Shown one piece after another: positions 28,190-38,187 of a stretch of 64,000 nt of DNA. The notes under the pieces were generated by a model, which worked only from the letters and a program-made list of their open reading frames with translations, did not search any database and had not been told where the DNA came from. Both the position numbers and the translations under genes were made by a program. Each line of letters begins with the position of its first letter. Position 1 is the stretch's first letter. Source of the stretch: Candidatus Hydrogenedentota bacterium (GTDB taxonomy: Bacteria > Hydrogenedentota > Hydrogenedentia > Hydrogenedentales > SLHB01); NCBI GenBank assembly GCA_013359265.1, contig JABWCD010000012.1, positions 8,458 through 72,457 of the forward strand. The letters are read 5' to 3'.

Positions 28190-30136
28190 CTATTGAACCG
28201 CCGCGGGCTCGCACGCCGCGGGTTTCGGCGCGGAAAATTCTCCGCATCGCGCGTTGAACTGTTGAACGTAAAGCCGCTCGATGATTTGGACGGACAAAAC
28301 GAACATCAACACAACGTCCAGTGTTCGAGTAAGCCGGCTTTCAAATGGTATTGCGGCGCGCACCCTAAACATGGCGCGGATTGCCTTTCTATTGAAAATG
28401 CCGGCGCGATCGAGGGCTCCCGGCGAAAGATAGCGATCGAGCAATTGGTCGAGCTGGACCGAATGGCCGCGCTTTATGCGTAATGGTGGAGCAAAGTACG
28501 GCCACTTCTTCCGCCGGTAGATGGCTTCCGTAATACGGCCGGCGAAGGCCTCGCGAAGTACGTATTTTTCCACACCATCCCGGATCTTCAAGCCATCCGG
28601 AATGCGCCTCGCCAAGTCGAACAGGTGGTGGTCGAGAAACGGCGGGCGTCCTTCGATTGCGTGCGCCAGTTCCGGACGATCGCCCAGAGCGGCCAGAAGG
28701 TAGGGCGCCAGCATGGACTTTATGCTGAAGTATTGTACTTGCCGCATGTGCGGCAGCAGGTCCGTCTGGGACCGGTCGATTCGCCCGCGAAGGCGCGCCA
28801 TAGGGCGTGACGACAAGAGGCGCGCGCGATGCTTCGCGTCGAAGAGTCCTGCAATGACTTTCTGCATACGGTCTGAAAGGGAGCGGGCGTGCTCGTGGAG
28901 CGGCAGAAAGCCCAATTGCGCAACCACGTCGTCGAGGCGTTTGCCACGCGGAGGCCGTTTTGGCTTTAACCGATTCACCATTTGATCGGACATCGATCCT
29001 TTGCCCGGCTGGAAATAGACGTATCCGAGAAAGACCTCGTCCGATCCCTCTCCCGTAAGCACAACCTTGACATGTTCCCGAGCCAGCCGCGAGAGCAGGA
29101 ACTTACCGACCCCATGAAGATTCAGGAATGGAATCTCCGAAATCCATAGGAAGTCTTCCGCGCTGGCGAGCAGCGTTTCGAGGTCGCACGTGACGGAATG
29201 AAACTCGGCCCCAACGTGCCGGGCCATGTCCTGCGATAACTGAAACTCGTTGAACGCGTGGTCGTCTGGAAATGCAATCGTGAAGGCCTTCACTGCGCCG
29301 GTGTGGTACTTCGCAACCGTCGCGGCAATGATCGCGGAATCGATCCCCCCGCTGAGATACACGCCGACAGGTACATCGGCGCGCAGTCGCAGGCGGACAG
29401 ACTCCTCGACGGCATCTCGAAGTTGAGCAATTACGGCGTCTGGCGTTGCCGTTGAGTCGCCCTCGGGGGGCAGGTCCAGGTCCCAATACCGGTGAAAGCT
29501 GTGCGTACCGGTCTTCACGTCCACTACGATCATGTAGCCCGGAGGGACGGCGTCGACACCTTCGAAGACGGAGTCTGGCATTGCTCCGCTCAAGTAGTCC
29601 CGAAGCGACGGTACACTGATTCGCGGCGCGAGTTTTCCGGTGGCGAACAGCGCCTTCGCTTCGGAGGCAAAGAGAAATTTGTTCTGTTCTACATTAAAGA
29701 AAAGTGGCTTAATGCCAAAGCGGTCCCGTACGGCAAGCAGTTCTTGTCTGTTTTCGTCATACAGGAGAAACGCGAATTCGCCGCGCAGATGCGCGACAAA
29801 ATCGCGGCCGAATTCTTCGTACAAGTGTATGATCAGTTCGGAGTCGCTGCGCGATCGGAACATGTGACCGCGGGCTTCGAGGTCGCGACGCAGGCGGTCG
29901 TAGTCGTAGATTTCGCCGTTACAGACCAGGACGACGTCGTTGTGTTCCGAGAAAAGCGGTTGCGCGCCGGTCTGCAAATCCATGATCGCCAACCGCGCGT
30001 GCCCGAGGCCTACATTGACTCCCTGGGCAAGGTAAATCCCATTTCCGTCCGGACCCCGGTGGTGAAGAGCGGCTACCGCTCGGTGAAGTTCCCCCTCCTG
30101 GAGCGCATGGCCGACAAAACCAACTATTCCACACAT
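28190..30136 (-). CDS. Asparagine synthase (glutamine-hydrolysing) family amidotransferase
   Basis: 648 aa. It has the Ntn Cys2 (MCGIVGF) and the synthetase PP-loop YLSGGIDSAI. Confidence 0.9.
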   Translation of the reverse strand: MCGIVGFVGHALQEGELHRAVAALHHRGPDGNGIYLAQGVNVGLGHARLAIMDLQTGAQPLFSEHNDVVLVCNGEIYDYDRLRRDLEARGHMFRSRSDSELIIHLYEEFGRDFVAHLRGEFAFLLYDENRQELLAVRDRFGIKPLFFNVEQNKFLFASEAKALFATGKLAPRISVPSLRDYLSGAMPDSVFEGVDAVPPGYMIVVDVKTGTHSFHRYWDLDLPPEGDSTATPDAVIAQLRDAVEESVRLRLRADVPVGVYLSGGIDSAIIAATVAKYHTGAVKAFTIAFPDDHAFNEFQLSQDMARHVGAEFHSVTCDLETLLASAEDFLWISEIPFLNLHGVGKFLLSRLAREHVKVVLTGEGSDEVFLGYVYFQPGKGSMSDQMVNRLKPKRPPRGKRLDDVVAQLGFLPLHEHARSLSDRMQKVIAGLFDAKHRARLLSSRPMARLRGRIDRSQTDLLPHMRQVQYFSIKSMLAPYLLAALGDRPELAHAIEGRPPFLDHHLFDLARRIPDGLKIRDGVEKYVLREAFAGRITEAIYRRKKWPYFAPPLRIKRGHSVQLDQLLDRYLSPGALDRAGIFNRKAIRAMFRVRAAIPFESRLTRTLDVVLMFVLSVQIIERLYVQQFNARCGEFSAPKPAACEPAAVQ

Positions 30137-30502
30137 CCGGCGCGTTCCTCGACTTCAATCGCGAAACGCTAGCCTAGTCGCTTTGCATCCGCAACACAAT
30201 TTCACGCGACGTCGCTGTAGTGGTACATGACCGATTACGTTACCCGCCCCGCCGTCGAGGTTGGACCCGGCCCGAGGCCGCGGATTTCGCGTCGCCGGCG
30301 TACGCATACCGATGCCGCGCGTGGGGCGCTTCGAGGTACGTGTTCAACGTTGCTCGCGGCCCCTTTTGATTATCTTTTCTCGCTTTCAACATACTCGTTC
30401 CTCTCGTTTCTGCGGCTTGCGCTAACATGGACATCCATCGGTCCTGTTGGCCCGCTCCGTTTCGCACGGTACGTCGAGAGGCAAAACACACGAAGGAACA
30501 GT

Positions 30503-32914
30503 GTGCCGATATCGAAGGGAACAATAGGCGACTCGGCCGCATCGAGTTCACCGCTTTTACCGCTGTTTCGTCTGGTCACCGCGTATCCCAAAGTCGCCTT
30601 GCTCCTGTGGGGTTTGTCGCTCATCGGCTTCGCGCTGCAAATCCCGGGAATCGAGCGGGAGTCCGGGGCTGACGCATACATTCCCTCGGACCATCCCGCC
30701 GTTACGTTTTGGCACGAAACCAATGAGCGGTTCGACCTGTACGAACCGCTGGTCGTATTGATTGATACGAAGCAGCCTTTCGGAATTTTCAACCCGCAGA
30801 CCTTATCGCTGATCGATTGGTACACGGAAGAACTTGCGGCCATCGACGGCATTCGACCAGGCGAAATCTCAAGCATCTTTACGGAGAAATCGATTCGCGG
30901 CACGGAAGACGGAATCGTCACGGAAGCGCTGGCGCCATCGATTCCGCAGACTGAGCAGGAGGTCGCAGGTTTTCGAGAACGGGTAATGGGTTTTCCCCTT
31001 CACCTGGGCTCCCTTGTTGCGCGAGACGGGAGCGCGGCCGTTGTTGCGGCCCGCCTCGTCGACGGAACGGATGGCGGCGACGTCTATCGGGCGGTGTTGG
31101 CACTGGAGGCGCGCGCGCCGATTCACGGGGAAACGATCCATGTGGCCGGGCAGCCGACTGCGTCAGACTATCTCGACGCGTATCTGAGCAAAGACTCGAC
31201 CCGAATGGCGATAGCAGTTGTCGTATTCATTGGGCCCGTGCTGCTCCTTTCGTATCGAACGATTCGTGGGCTGGTTCTGCCTGGGACATCCGCGCTTTTT
31301 GGCGCTGCTGTCGCTTTGGGAAGTATGTCCATACTGGGTGTGCCGTTCGTTGTTCTGACGAATGTACTACCGGCGAACATTATGGCCTTGGGGGTCGCAT
31401 ACGGAATTCACATCCTGCGCGAATACTACGAGCAAACCGCAATTGATCCCGTGGAGCGCAAACGCGAAACCGTCATCAACGTGATGATGACCATGCGGCG
31501 GCCGATTATCTACGCGACGTTAACCGACATCGTTGGCTTCCTGGCGGTAAGCGTCACGTCGTACATGCCACCCATGCAGATGATGGGGCGTTTTGCGGCG
31601 CTGGGAATTGTGGCGACGCTGGTTTCGACGTTGATTGCGATTCCCGCGGCGCTGGTATTGCTTCCGGTGCGGCCTAGTCCCGCGCTTTGTCCGAATGCGG
31701 ACGGTTCGCAGCGGCAGGACTTTTTCTCTCGAATCCTGGCGTCTGTCGGAAATAAAGTTGTCGCACACCCTCGGGCAATCGTTCTCATGTGCGCGGGCCT
31801 GACGGCTTGCGGCCTTTACGCGGCGAGCAAGGTCGAGGTCAACGACTCCCGCATCGGTCACTTCCGGTCAAGCGAACCCATTTACCAGGCGGCGGCGGCA
31901 TTTGACCGCGTCATGGACGGCACCCTGTATCTGGATGTCGTCATTGAGGCAGACGGGCCGGAAGCGCTGTACCGCCCGGAAAACCTGGCGCGAATCGAGA
32001 ATCTGCAGCGCTTTCTGGAGTCATTGCCGCACATCAAAGGCACCCTATCGATTGTGGACTATATGAAGCTGATGAATCGGGCGATGTCAGACGACGCACC
32101 CGGCGCCTTCATACTCCCCCCCACGGAGAATCTGGTCGCGCAGTATGCGCTGCTGTATTCGATGGGCGACACGACCGGGCTGGCGCACGTGGTTGATAGC
32201 GGCTATAAAACGACCGTCGTTCGCGCGTTGTGCAATAGTGGCCTTTTCAGCGACGCCCGCACGATCCGGCAGGAAACCGATCGGTACTTGATGGACGAGT
32301 TCGCCACGCCGGGAATATCGGCGCGGCTCTCGGGGCGCTTGAATGTCGACTTCGAGTGGATGCGCCACCTTGAAGCGAGCCATTTCATCGGCGCGCTGCT
32401 TGCCTTGCTGACGGTGTGGATAATGACTTCTGTTGGATTTCGAACGTGGGTGGCGGGCGTCTACTGCATCGTGCCGGTGATTACGACACTGGTGGCGGTT
32501 TATGCCGTCATGGGCATTTCGGGCATTTGGCTCGGATTGGGTACGTCTGCGTACGCATCTATCGCGATCGGGATAACGGTGAATTTCTCGATCCATGAAC
32601 TGGATCGCCTCGTGCATTTGGTTAAAGGACAGGGCATCGCACTCGATGCCGCGCTGCGGACAATGTTCGCTACCACGGGCAGGGCAGTATTCTTCAACTT
32701 CTTGAGCCTGATTCTGGGCATGGTGACACTAACCCTCAGCCAACTGCCGCCGCTCCAGTGGTTCGGTATCCTACTGTCGACGGCGCTGCTTGTTGGATTC
32801 GTGACGAGCCTCGTGTTGTTGCCCGCGCTCATCGCGATGTTTCGTCCGCGCTTTCTCGATCCGTCTCGGCGAGACAAAGGTGTAGTATCATTGCCATCAC
32901 AAGACCGGCAATAA
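30503..32914 (+). CDS. MMPL/RND-superfamily exporter (COG1033-like, 12 TM with two periplasmic loops)
   Basis: ORF 30227..32914. The first ~92 codons are Arg-rich and non-protein-like. GTG 30503, behind GAAGGAA, is the proposed start, but this is uncertain. Two blocks of six hydrophobic helices are separated by soluble domains. Confidence 0.8.
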   Translation: MPISKGTIGDSAASSSPLLPLFRLVTAYPKVALLLWGLSLIGFALQIPGIERESGADAYIPSDHPAVTFWHETNERFDLYEPLVVLIDTKQPFGIFNPQTLSLIDWYTEELAAIDGIRPGEISSIFTEKSIRGTEDGIVTEALAPSIPQTEQEVAGFRERVMGFPLHLGSLVARDGSAAVVAARLVDGTDGGDVYRAVLALEARAPIHGETIHVAGQPTASDYLDAYLSKDSTRMAIAVVVFIGPVLLLSYRTIRGLVLPGTSALFGAAVALGSMSILGVPFVVLTNVLPANIMALGVAYGIHILREYYEQTAIDPVERKRETVINVMMTMRRPIIYATLTDIVGFLAVSVTSYMPPMQMMGRFAALGIVATLVSTLIAIPAALVLLPVRPSPALCPNADGSQRQDFFSRILASVGNKVVAHPRAIVLMCAGLTACGLYAASKVEVNDSRIGHFRSSEPIYQAAAAFDRVMDGTLYLDVVIEADGPEALYRPENLARIENLQRFLESLPHIKGTLSIVDYMKLMNRAMSDDAPGAFILPPTENLVAQYALLYSMGDTTGLAHVVDSGYKTTVVRALCNSGLFSDARTIRQETDRYLMDEFATPGISARLSGRLNVDFEWMRHLEASHFIGALLALLTVWIMTSVGFRTWVAGVYCIVPVITTLVAVYAVMGISGIWLGLGTSAYASIAIGITVNFSIHELDRLVHLVKGQGIALDAALRTMFATTGRAVFFNFLSLILGMVTLTLSQLPPLQWFGILLSTALLVGFVTSLVLLPALIAMFRPRFLDPSRRDKGVVSLPSQDRQ

Positions 32915-32924
32915 CGGAGTCAAT

Positions 32925-33767
32925 ATGTTCAGGCGACTTTCCAGTGCGTTGGCCGCGGCCGTGGCTTTGCACGTTGCGAGCATGGGCATTGTTTGCGGGG
33001 CGAGCGGCGAGGAATTCCCGAGCGCCGAAGACATCATCACGCGTGCGAATGCGCGCGATACCAGTACGGATGTGCTGCAAACGATCCAGATGAAACTGAT
33101 CGAAAAGGACGGATCAGTTCGCGAACGGTTAACGCGCGGCGTCGGTAAGTCTTTTGACGATGGCCGCCGGTTCGCCCTGTTCTTCTTGGAGCCGTCCAAC
33201 GTGCGCGGAACCGCGCTGCTGACCTTCGATTATGACGATGCTGCAAAGAGCGACGATCAATGGCTGTATCTGCCCGCCATGCGGAAGACGCGCCGTATTT
33301 CCGGAGGCGAGCGGGGCAGTTCGTTTCTCGGAACGGACTTTACGTTCGAGGACATCAAGAACCAGTCGCGTGGATCGTTGCTGGACCGCACGTGGAAGAC
33401 CGTCGGAGAAGAAGATGTGGACGGTCATTCGTGTTACGCCATCGAGGGGATTCCCACGACTCCGGCGATTGCAAAGGAACTGGGGTATTCGAAGCTGAAG
33501 ACATTTATCGACAAGGAACTGTCGATTATGCGTCGAACCGATTTTTGGGACCCGTCCGGCGCGATGTTCAAGACGATCTCGATTCGGGACTACGAACAAA
33601 TCGACGGAGTTTGGACCGCGCGTACGATGGAGGCAAAAAACCTCAAGACCGGACACGCGACCGTGTTCACGATAACCGAAGTGCGCTACAACCTGGGGCT
33701 TCCCGACGACGTATTCTCGGCCCAGACGCTGGAACGGGGGCTGCCCAATTCCATCCTGAAGCCATAA
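32925..33767 (+). CDS. LolA-like outer-membrane lipoprotein-sorting family protein
   Basis: 280 aa with a signal peptide. The motif run DDQWLYLPAMRKTRRISGGERGSSFLGTDFTFEDI is typical of the LolA_like family that accompanies COG1033 exporters. It starts 10 nt after the exporter. Confidence 0.75.
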   Translation: MFRRLSSALAAAVALHVASMGIVCGASGEEFPSAEDIITRANARDTSTDVLQTIQMKLIEKDGSVRERLTRGVGKSFDDGRRFALFFLEPSNVRGTALLTFDYDDAAKSDDQWLYLPAMRKTRRISGGERGSSFLGTDFTFEDIKNQSRGSLLDRTWKTVGEEDVDGHSCYAIEGIPTTPAIAKELGYSKLKTFIDKELSIMRRTDFWDPSGAMFKTISIRDYEQIDGVWTARTMEAKNLKTGHATVFTITEVRYNLGLPDDVFSAQTLERGLPNSILKP

Positions 33768-33791
33768 CCAATCGTTGGGAGGCGAGTCGAC

Positions 33792-35180
33792 GTGCGGTCC
33801 GAGGTTGGACAGCCCAGTGGCCCGAGCGCGGTATTCTCGTCGTGCGCCGTGGCAGTCTTCTTCATTGCCGGCGCCTTCGCACAATCGAGCGATGTGCAGG
33901 CAGGCGGGCCGGAATCGCAGTGGCGCGGCCTTCCCGAAACCAGCGGCACGATCTCGTTGGAGAGCGCCTACGGCACGGCTGAAAACACGCTGCAAAAGCT
34001 CTGTCTTGAGCTGGTTCTTCGGCTGACCGGCGCAATCTCCCATACTACGGACTACACGGTGATAGGAAGACTGCGCGCCGATCCTGTGTTCGATAACGGC
34101 CATTTGGATGGAACCGATTTCCCAGACGTGTCCGAGGCAACGCGCCCGCTCCGGATCGGTGAGACCGCGGAACTCGAACTGCGGGAAGCGTACATTCGCA
34201 CAACCTGGAACGACTGGCATCTCACGCTCGGCAAGCAGCAGATCGTCTGGGGCTTGGCGGATGGTTTGAAAGTGATCGATGTCGTGAATCCGCAGGACCT
34301 GCGCGAGTTCATCTTGACGGACTTCGAAAATTCGCGGCTGCCGCTATGGGCGGTCAATGCCGAACGCCCGATTGGGGACTGGAACTTACAGGTCGTCTGG
34401 GTCCCCGACCCCTCGTACTACATACTTCCCCGGCAAGAATCGGAGTTCGAATTCAGCGCGGGCGTGCCCAGTGTTCCGCCCGGGTTCGCGCTTGAATACA
34501 AACCGGCGTCGCGCCCATCGGGCCTCGACGAAATTTCAGACGCGGGCTTTCGATTGTCAACTTTCAAAGCGGGCTGGGACCTCACGTTCAACTACTTGTA
34601 CCACTACGACGATGTGCCCGTATTTCCGCGCTCGCTTTGCCTTACCGACGACGGACCGACTGTAGTCGTTACGCCGGAGTACAGGCGGTCCCACCTGATA
34701 GGAGGAACCGCCAGCAAAGCCTTCGGCGATTTTACGCTGCGCGCGGAGTACGGGCTGTTTACGGACAAGTACTATCCGACAGGCAGTTTACTCGATGCTG
34801 ACGGCGTCGTGAAGGGGAACGACCTGTCCTACATGATTGGCGTCGATTGGTTCGGCATTAGCAATACCGTTGTCAGCTTTCAGCTATTCCAGGACTGGTT
34901 TACGAACGACTCGAGAGGCGTGGAACGCGACGAGATTCAGACCTATACAACCCTCGCGGTCCACCGGCGCCTGCTCAACGACACGTTGACGCTGCAATCG
35001 ATTTGGTTCCAGGACCTGAACCATGGCGACGGGCTCTTGCGCCCAAAAATCACGTACGCGGTCAACGATAGGGTGTCGGTGTACGCAGGAGCGGATTTCT
35101 TCTACGGATCCGCCAACGGCTTTTTTGGCCAATTCGATTCCAAGGACCGAATCTATTGCGGTCTGACCTGGAGTTTCTGA
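33792..35180 (+). CDS. Outer-membrane beta-barrel protein (DUF1302-like)
   Basis: GTG start behind GGGAGG, with a signal peptide. Aromatic residues alternate in a beta-strand pattern. The C-terminus is ...YCGLTWSF, with the terminal Phe typical of OMPs. Confidence 0.6.
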   Translation: MRSEVGQPSGPSAVFSSCAVAVFFIAGAFAQSSDVQAGGPESQWRGLPETSGTISLESAYGTAENTLQKLCLELVLRLTGAISHTTDYTVIGRLRADPVFDNGHLDGTDFPDVSEATRPLRIGETAELELREAYIRTTWNDWHLTLGKQQIVWGLADGLKVIDVVNPQDLREFILTDFENSRLPLWAVNAERPIGDWNLQVVWVPDPSYYILPRQESEFEFSAGVPSVPPGFALEYKPASRPSGLDEISDAGFRLSTFKAGWDLTFNYLYHYDDVPVFPRSLCLTDDGPTVVVTPEYRRSHLIGGTASKAFGDFTLRAEYGLFTDKYYPTGSLLDADGVVKGNDLSYMIGVDWFGISNTVVSFQLFQDWFTNDSRGVERDEIQTYTTLAVHRRLLNDTLTLQSIWFQDLNHGDGLLRPKITYAVNDRVSVYAGADFFYGSANGFFGQFDSKDRIYCGLTWSF

Positions 35181-35571
35181 CGCCGTTCCGTCACGTCGTC
35201 CCGGCCTGGGTCTACAGGTCCGTGGCGGGAAGCACCAAGCCAATTAGGAACAGAACAATGTACACCAGGATCGTAAGGGTTATGTCGCCCTCATAATAGC
35301 TCAAGACCTGCTGTATGATCGCCAGAAAATCAATCATCGCCTTACTCCCGTCGTCGGCGTACGGACCGCGCATTCGCTGCAATTTACTCCCGTGCATTCG
35401 GGCCAATGCACCGGCGGCGCTCAGCATACCAGTCTAACTCCCCACAGATATACTCGCGGCGGCAGGCACGGCACGAAAGGTTGTTTTGCCCGTTCGTGTT
35501 CCGTAAACTTCGCCGCACTTCCACCGGCTGCAAGTCTCCGGCGCATCGCCGGACGTGAAGGAGTTGACACG

Positions 35572-36978
35572 ATGAGCTCGACCGCGGCGGCGCCGAGAAG
35601 TCCCGCGGCGCCTCTCCGATTGCCGCGCGTCAGCCAGGCTGCTTTTCTCCGGCTATTCTTAAGTGGGTTGCGCGGCGATTTCGCGCCGTGGCGCGACGCT
35701 GTCCGGCGGTACCCGCAGGGAATCGAAACGCGCATCGTGCGGCAGCGGTGCATACTCATGAACGAGCCGGACGGGATCGAAGAGATTCTGGTGCGGAACC
35801 ACAAGTATTATCACCGCCGCACGCGGTCCACTCCCCTCAAAGTCTATACAGGCCAAAGCGTGCTCACACTCAGCGGCGACGCCCACCTGCGGCAACGCCG
35901 CCTCATACAGCCCGCGTTCCACAAGAGCCGAATCGACGCGTACGGCGACGCCATGGCTGCCATTGGCGAGGGATTCGCGTCACGCTGGCGTGACGGCATC
36001 ATGGTTGACATCCACCAGGAAATGATGGAGGTCACCGCAGCAATCATTACGAAGACGATGTTCAGCTCGGATATCGAAGAGGATGTGCGAATCGTGGGAC
36101 ACGCCATCGATTTCCTGCTATCCCACGCCGGGCGATATGTGATACCGATGCTGGGAAACGTACTTGATCGGATGCCGTTGAAGAGCACGCGGCGCATCAA
36201 GGAGTCGCTCGCGCAACTGGATTCCGTTATTTATCGCATTATTCGGGACCACCGCGCAGCGGGCGACGCGTCCGATGACGTCCTGTCTATGCTCATGGCG
36301 GCACAGTACGACGACGGCAGCACGATGACCGATCGACAACTTCGCGACGAATCCATGACGCTCTTCCTCGCGGGCCACGAAACGATATCGAACGCATTGA
36401 GCTGGACGTTCTACTTGTTGTCGCGGCATCCGGAGATTGCGGAGAGACTCCGGGAAGAAGTCGACTCGGTGCTCGATAATGGGCGCACGCCCAACGTGGA
36501 TGACATCCCGCGGCTCGACTACGTCCGCCGGGTATTGACCGAGAGCATGCGGCTGTACCCACCCGTACCGGGCGTCGACCGGGAGGCCGTAGCGTCAAAC
36601 GAGATTCTGGGAATCGACATCAATGCCGGAGATTTGTTGCTTATATCCCCATTGATTACCCACTACGACCCGCGTTGGTATCCGGAGCCGGAGCGTTTCG
36701 ATCCGGATAGGTGGCTTCCCGAGCGCGCGGAAAGTGTGCCAAGGTATGCATACCTGCCATTTGGCGGAGGGGCGCGCAGATGCATAGGTGAGCGATTTGC
36801 CTGGATGGAAGGCATACTGCTGCTGGCGATTTTCTCGCGTGACTGGCACTTTGAACTGGCGCCGGACGCACGGGTTCGGACGCAATTGAATATCACCCTC
36901 CGCCCGATTCACGGCGTGCAAATGGTTCTGCGGGGCCGGCGGAACGGGGAACGGCGCCGTATCCGCGGGCATACGTAA
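35572..36978 (+). CDS. Cytochrome P450
   Basis: ATG 35572 behind GAAGGAG. It has ExxR (ESMR) and the haem-thiolate loop FGGGARRCIGERFA. Confidence 0.9.
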   Translation: MSSTAAAPRSPAAPLRLPRVSQAAFLRLFLSGLRGDFAPWRDAVRRYPQGIETRIVRQRCILMNEPDGIEEILVRNHKYYHRRTRSTPLKVYTGQSVLTLSGDAHLRQRRLIQPAFHKSRIDAYGDAMAAIGEGFASRWRDGIMVDIHQEMMEVTAAIITKTMFSSDIEEDVRIVGHAIDFLLSHAGRYVIPMLGNVLDRMPLKSTRRIKESLAQLDSVIYRIIRDHRAAGDASDDVLSMLMAAQYDDGSTMTDRQLRDESMTLFLAGHETISNALSWTFYLLSRHPEIAERLREEVDSVLDNGRTPNVDDIPRLDYVRRVLTESMRLYPPVPGVDREAVASNEILGIDINAGDLLLISPLITHYDPRWYPEPERFDPDRWLPERAESVPRYAYLPFGGGARRCIGERFAWMEGILLLAIFSRDWHFELAPDARVRTQLNITLRPIHGVQMVLRGRRNGERRRIRGHT

Positions 36979-36997
36979 GCCGGCGCGTACGTTTTTC

Positions 36998-38167
36998 ATG
37001 CTCTGGGGTTACCTCATATTCTTCCGGCTCGTTACGCTGACCATCTTTCGCAGCAGGGGCACTTTTGCGCGGTGTACCCCGAAGCGATTCTTGGTGATGA
37101 GCATCTTTGTGCCGGTGCTCTTCTTCGGCGAACTCCTTCATTGGATCGGGTTTCTGCTCGACGACCTGTTTTTTCGCGGATACCGAAAAGTCGCCATCAA
37201 AGACCCGGTGTTTATCGTCGGAATTCCGCGAAGCGGGACAACGCTCCTGCACCGTGTTATGGCGCAAGATTCCGAGCGTTTCACCTCATTCAAATTGTGG
37301 GAGCTTCTCCTCGCGCCGTCGATCACGGAGCGGAAGCTGTGGACACTCGTGGGTTCGATCGATCGGGCCTGTGGCGGCGCGGGCCGCAGCCTGATCGCCG
37401 CGATTGACCGCAGAATCTTCGGCCGCCTCAGTGAAATCCACAAGATGACCCTCTTCGATTACGACGAAGACGAGCTGGTATTGGGCCCGATCTTTTCGAC
37501 GGTGTATCTGCTTTTCCCCTTTCCATTCTACGAGGAGACCTGGAGGCTTGTCCGGTTCGACGAAGGGATTCCCCCGGCCGAGCAAGACTGGATCATGCGG
37601 TTCTACAAGGCCTGCGTTCAGCGCCACCTGTACTTCCACGGGGCGGAGAAACAGTTCTTGTCGAAGAACCCCTCATTCTCCGCAAAGGTCGACGCTATAC
37701 GGGCGCATTTTTCTGGCGCAAGAATGATATGCAACATGCGCAGCCCCTACGATACGGTCCCATCGCTGTTAAGCGCGTTGTATGTGGCGTGGGACATGTT
37801 CGACAACGATCCGCAGGGCGATATCTTTCGCGATAGGGTGCTGGAATTGGCCGACTACTGGTATCGCCATCCTATGAATTGCGCGCGCGAATGGGCACAA
37901 GACCGGTTTGTCTTCCTCTCGTATGACGATCTACGTCGCGACCTGAAGTCCGCCGTGGCGGACGTGTACACCAAACTTGCTATCGAACCTGGGCCGCAGT
38001 TCGCGGAGCGCCTGAGCGCCGAGCACGAAAAAGCGAAGTCGTACAAGAGTAATCACCGGTACTCGCTGGAACAGTACGGATTGTCGGCGAGCGATGTTCT
38101 TGACAAGTTTGGTTACGTTTTCGAGCGATTTGGATTCGCCGCCGAGCACACTGCGGACGACGAGTGA
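36998..38167 (+). CDS. Membrane-anchored PAPS-dependent sulfotransferase
   Basis: 389 aa with N-terminal hydrophobic segments. The 5'-PSB loop is VGIPRSGTTLLHRVM. A later MRSPYDTVPS region is consistent with a 3'-PB motif. It starts 19 nt after the P450 gene. Confidence 0.8.
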   Translation: MLWGYLIFFRLVTLTIFRSRGTFARCTPKRFLVMSIFVPVLFFGELLHWIGFLLDDLFFRGYRKVAIKDPVFIVGIPRSGTTLLHRVMAQDSERFTSFKLWELLLAPSITERKLWTLVGSIDRACGGAGRSLIAAIDRRIFGRLSEIHKMTLFDYDEDELVLGPIFSTVYLLFPFPFYEETWRLVRFDEGIPPAEQDWIMRFYKACVQRHLYFHGAEKQFLSKNPSFSAKVDAIRAHFSGARMICNMRSPYDTVPSLLSALYVAWDMFDNDPQGDIFRDRVLELADYWYRHPMNCAREWAQDRFVFLSYDDLRRDLKSAVADVYTKLAIEPGPQFAERLSAEHEKAKSYKSNHRYSLEQYGLSASDVLDKFGYVFERFGFAAEHTADDE

Positions 38168-38187
38168 GGCGGGCGTATTCGTTCCCC

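Noticed and set aside
28190-30136. AsnB homologue as a lasso-peptide cyclase
   Set aside because: It retains the glutaminase Cys2 (MCGIVGF), which lasso cyclases usually lack. No transglutaminase-like B protein or precursor peptide is nearby.
30227-30502. N-terminal 92 codons of the MMPL ORF
   Set aside because: The composition is Arg/Pro/Thr-rich with no hydrophobic or conserved features. The exporter-like sequence begins near GTG 30503. The region is kept as an uncertain leader rather than coding sequence.
35212-35427. 71-aa minus-strand ORF between the barrel gene and the P450 (possible 41-aa TM peptide from MIDFLAIIQQ...)
   Set aside because: It has one plausible hydrophobic helix, but no clear RBS and no way to test conservation here. 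It is too weak to call.
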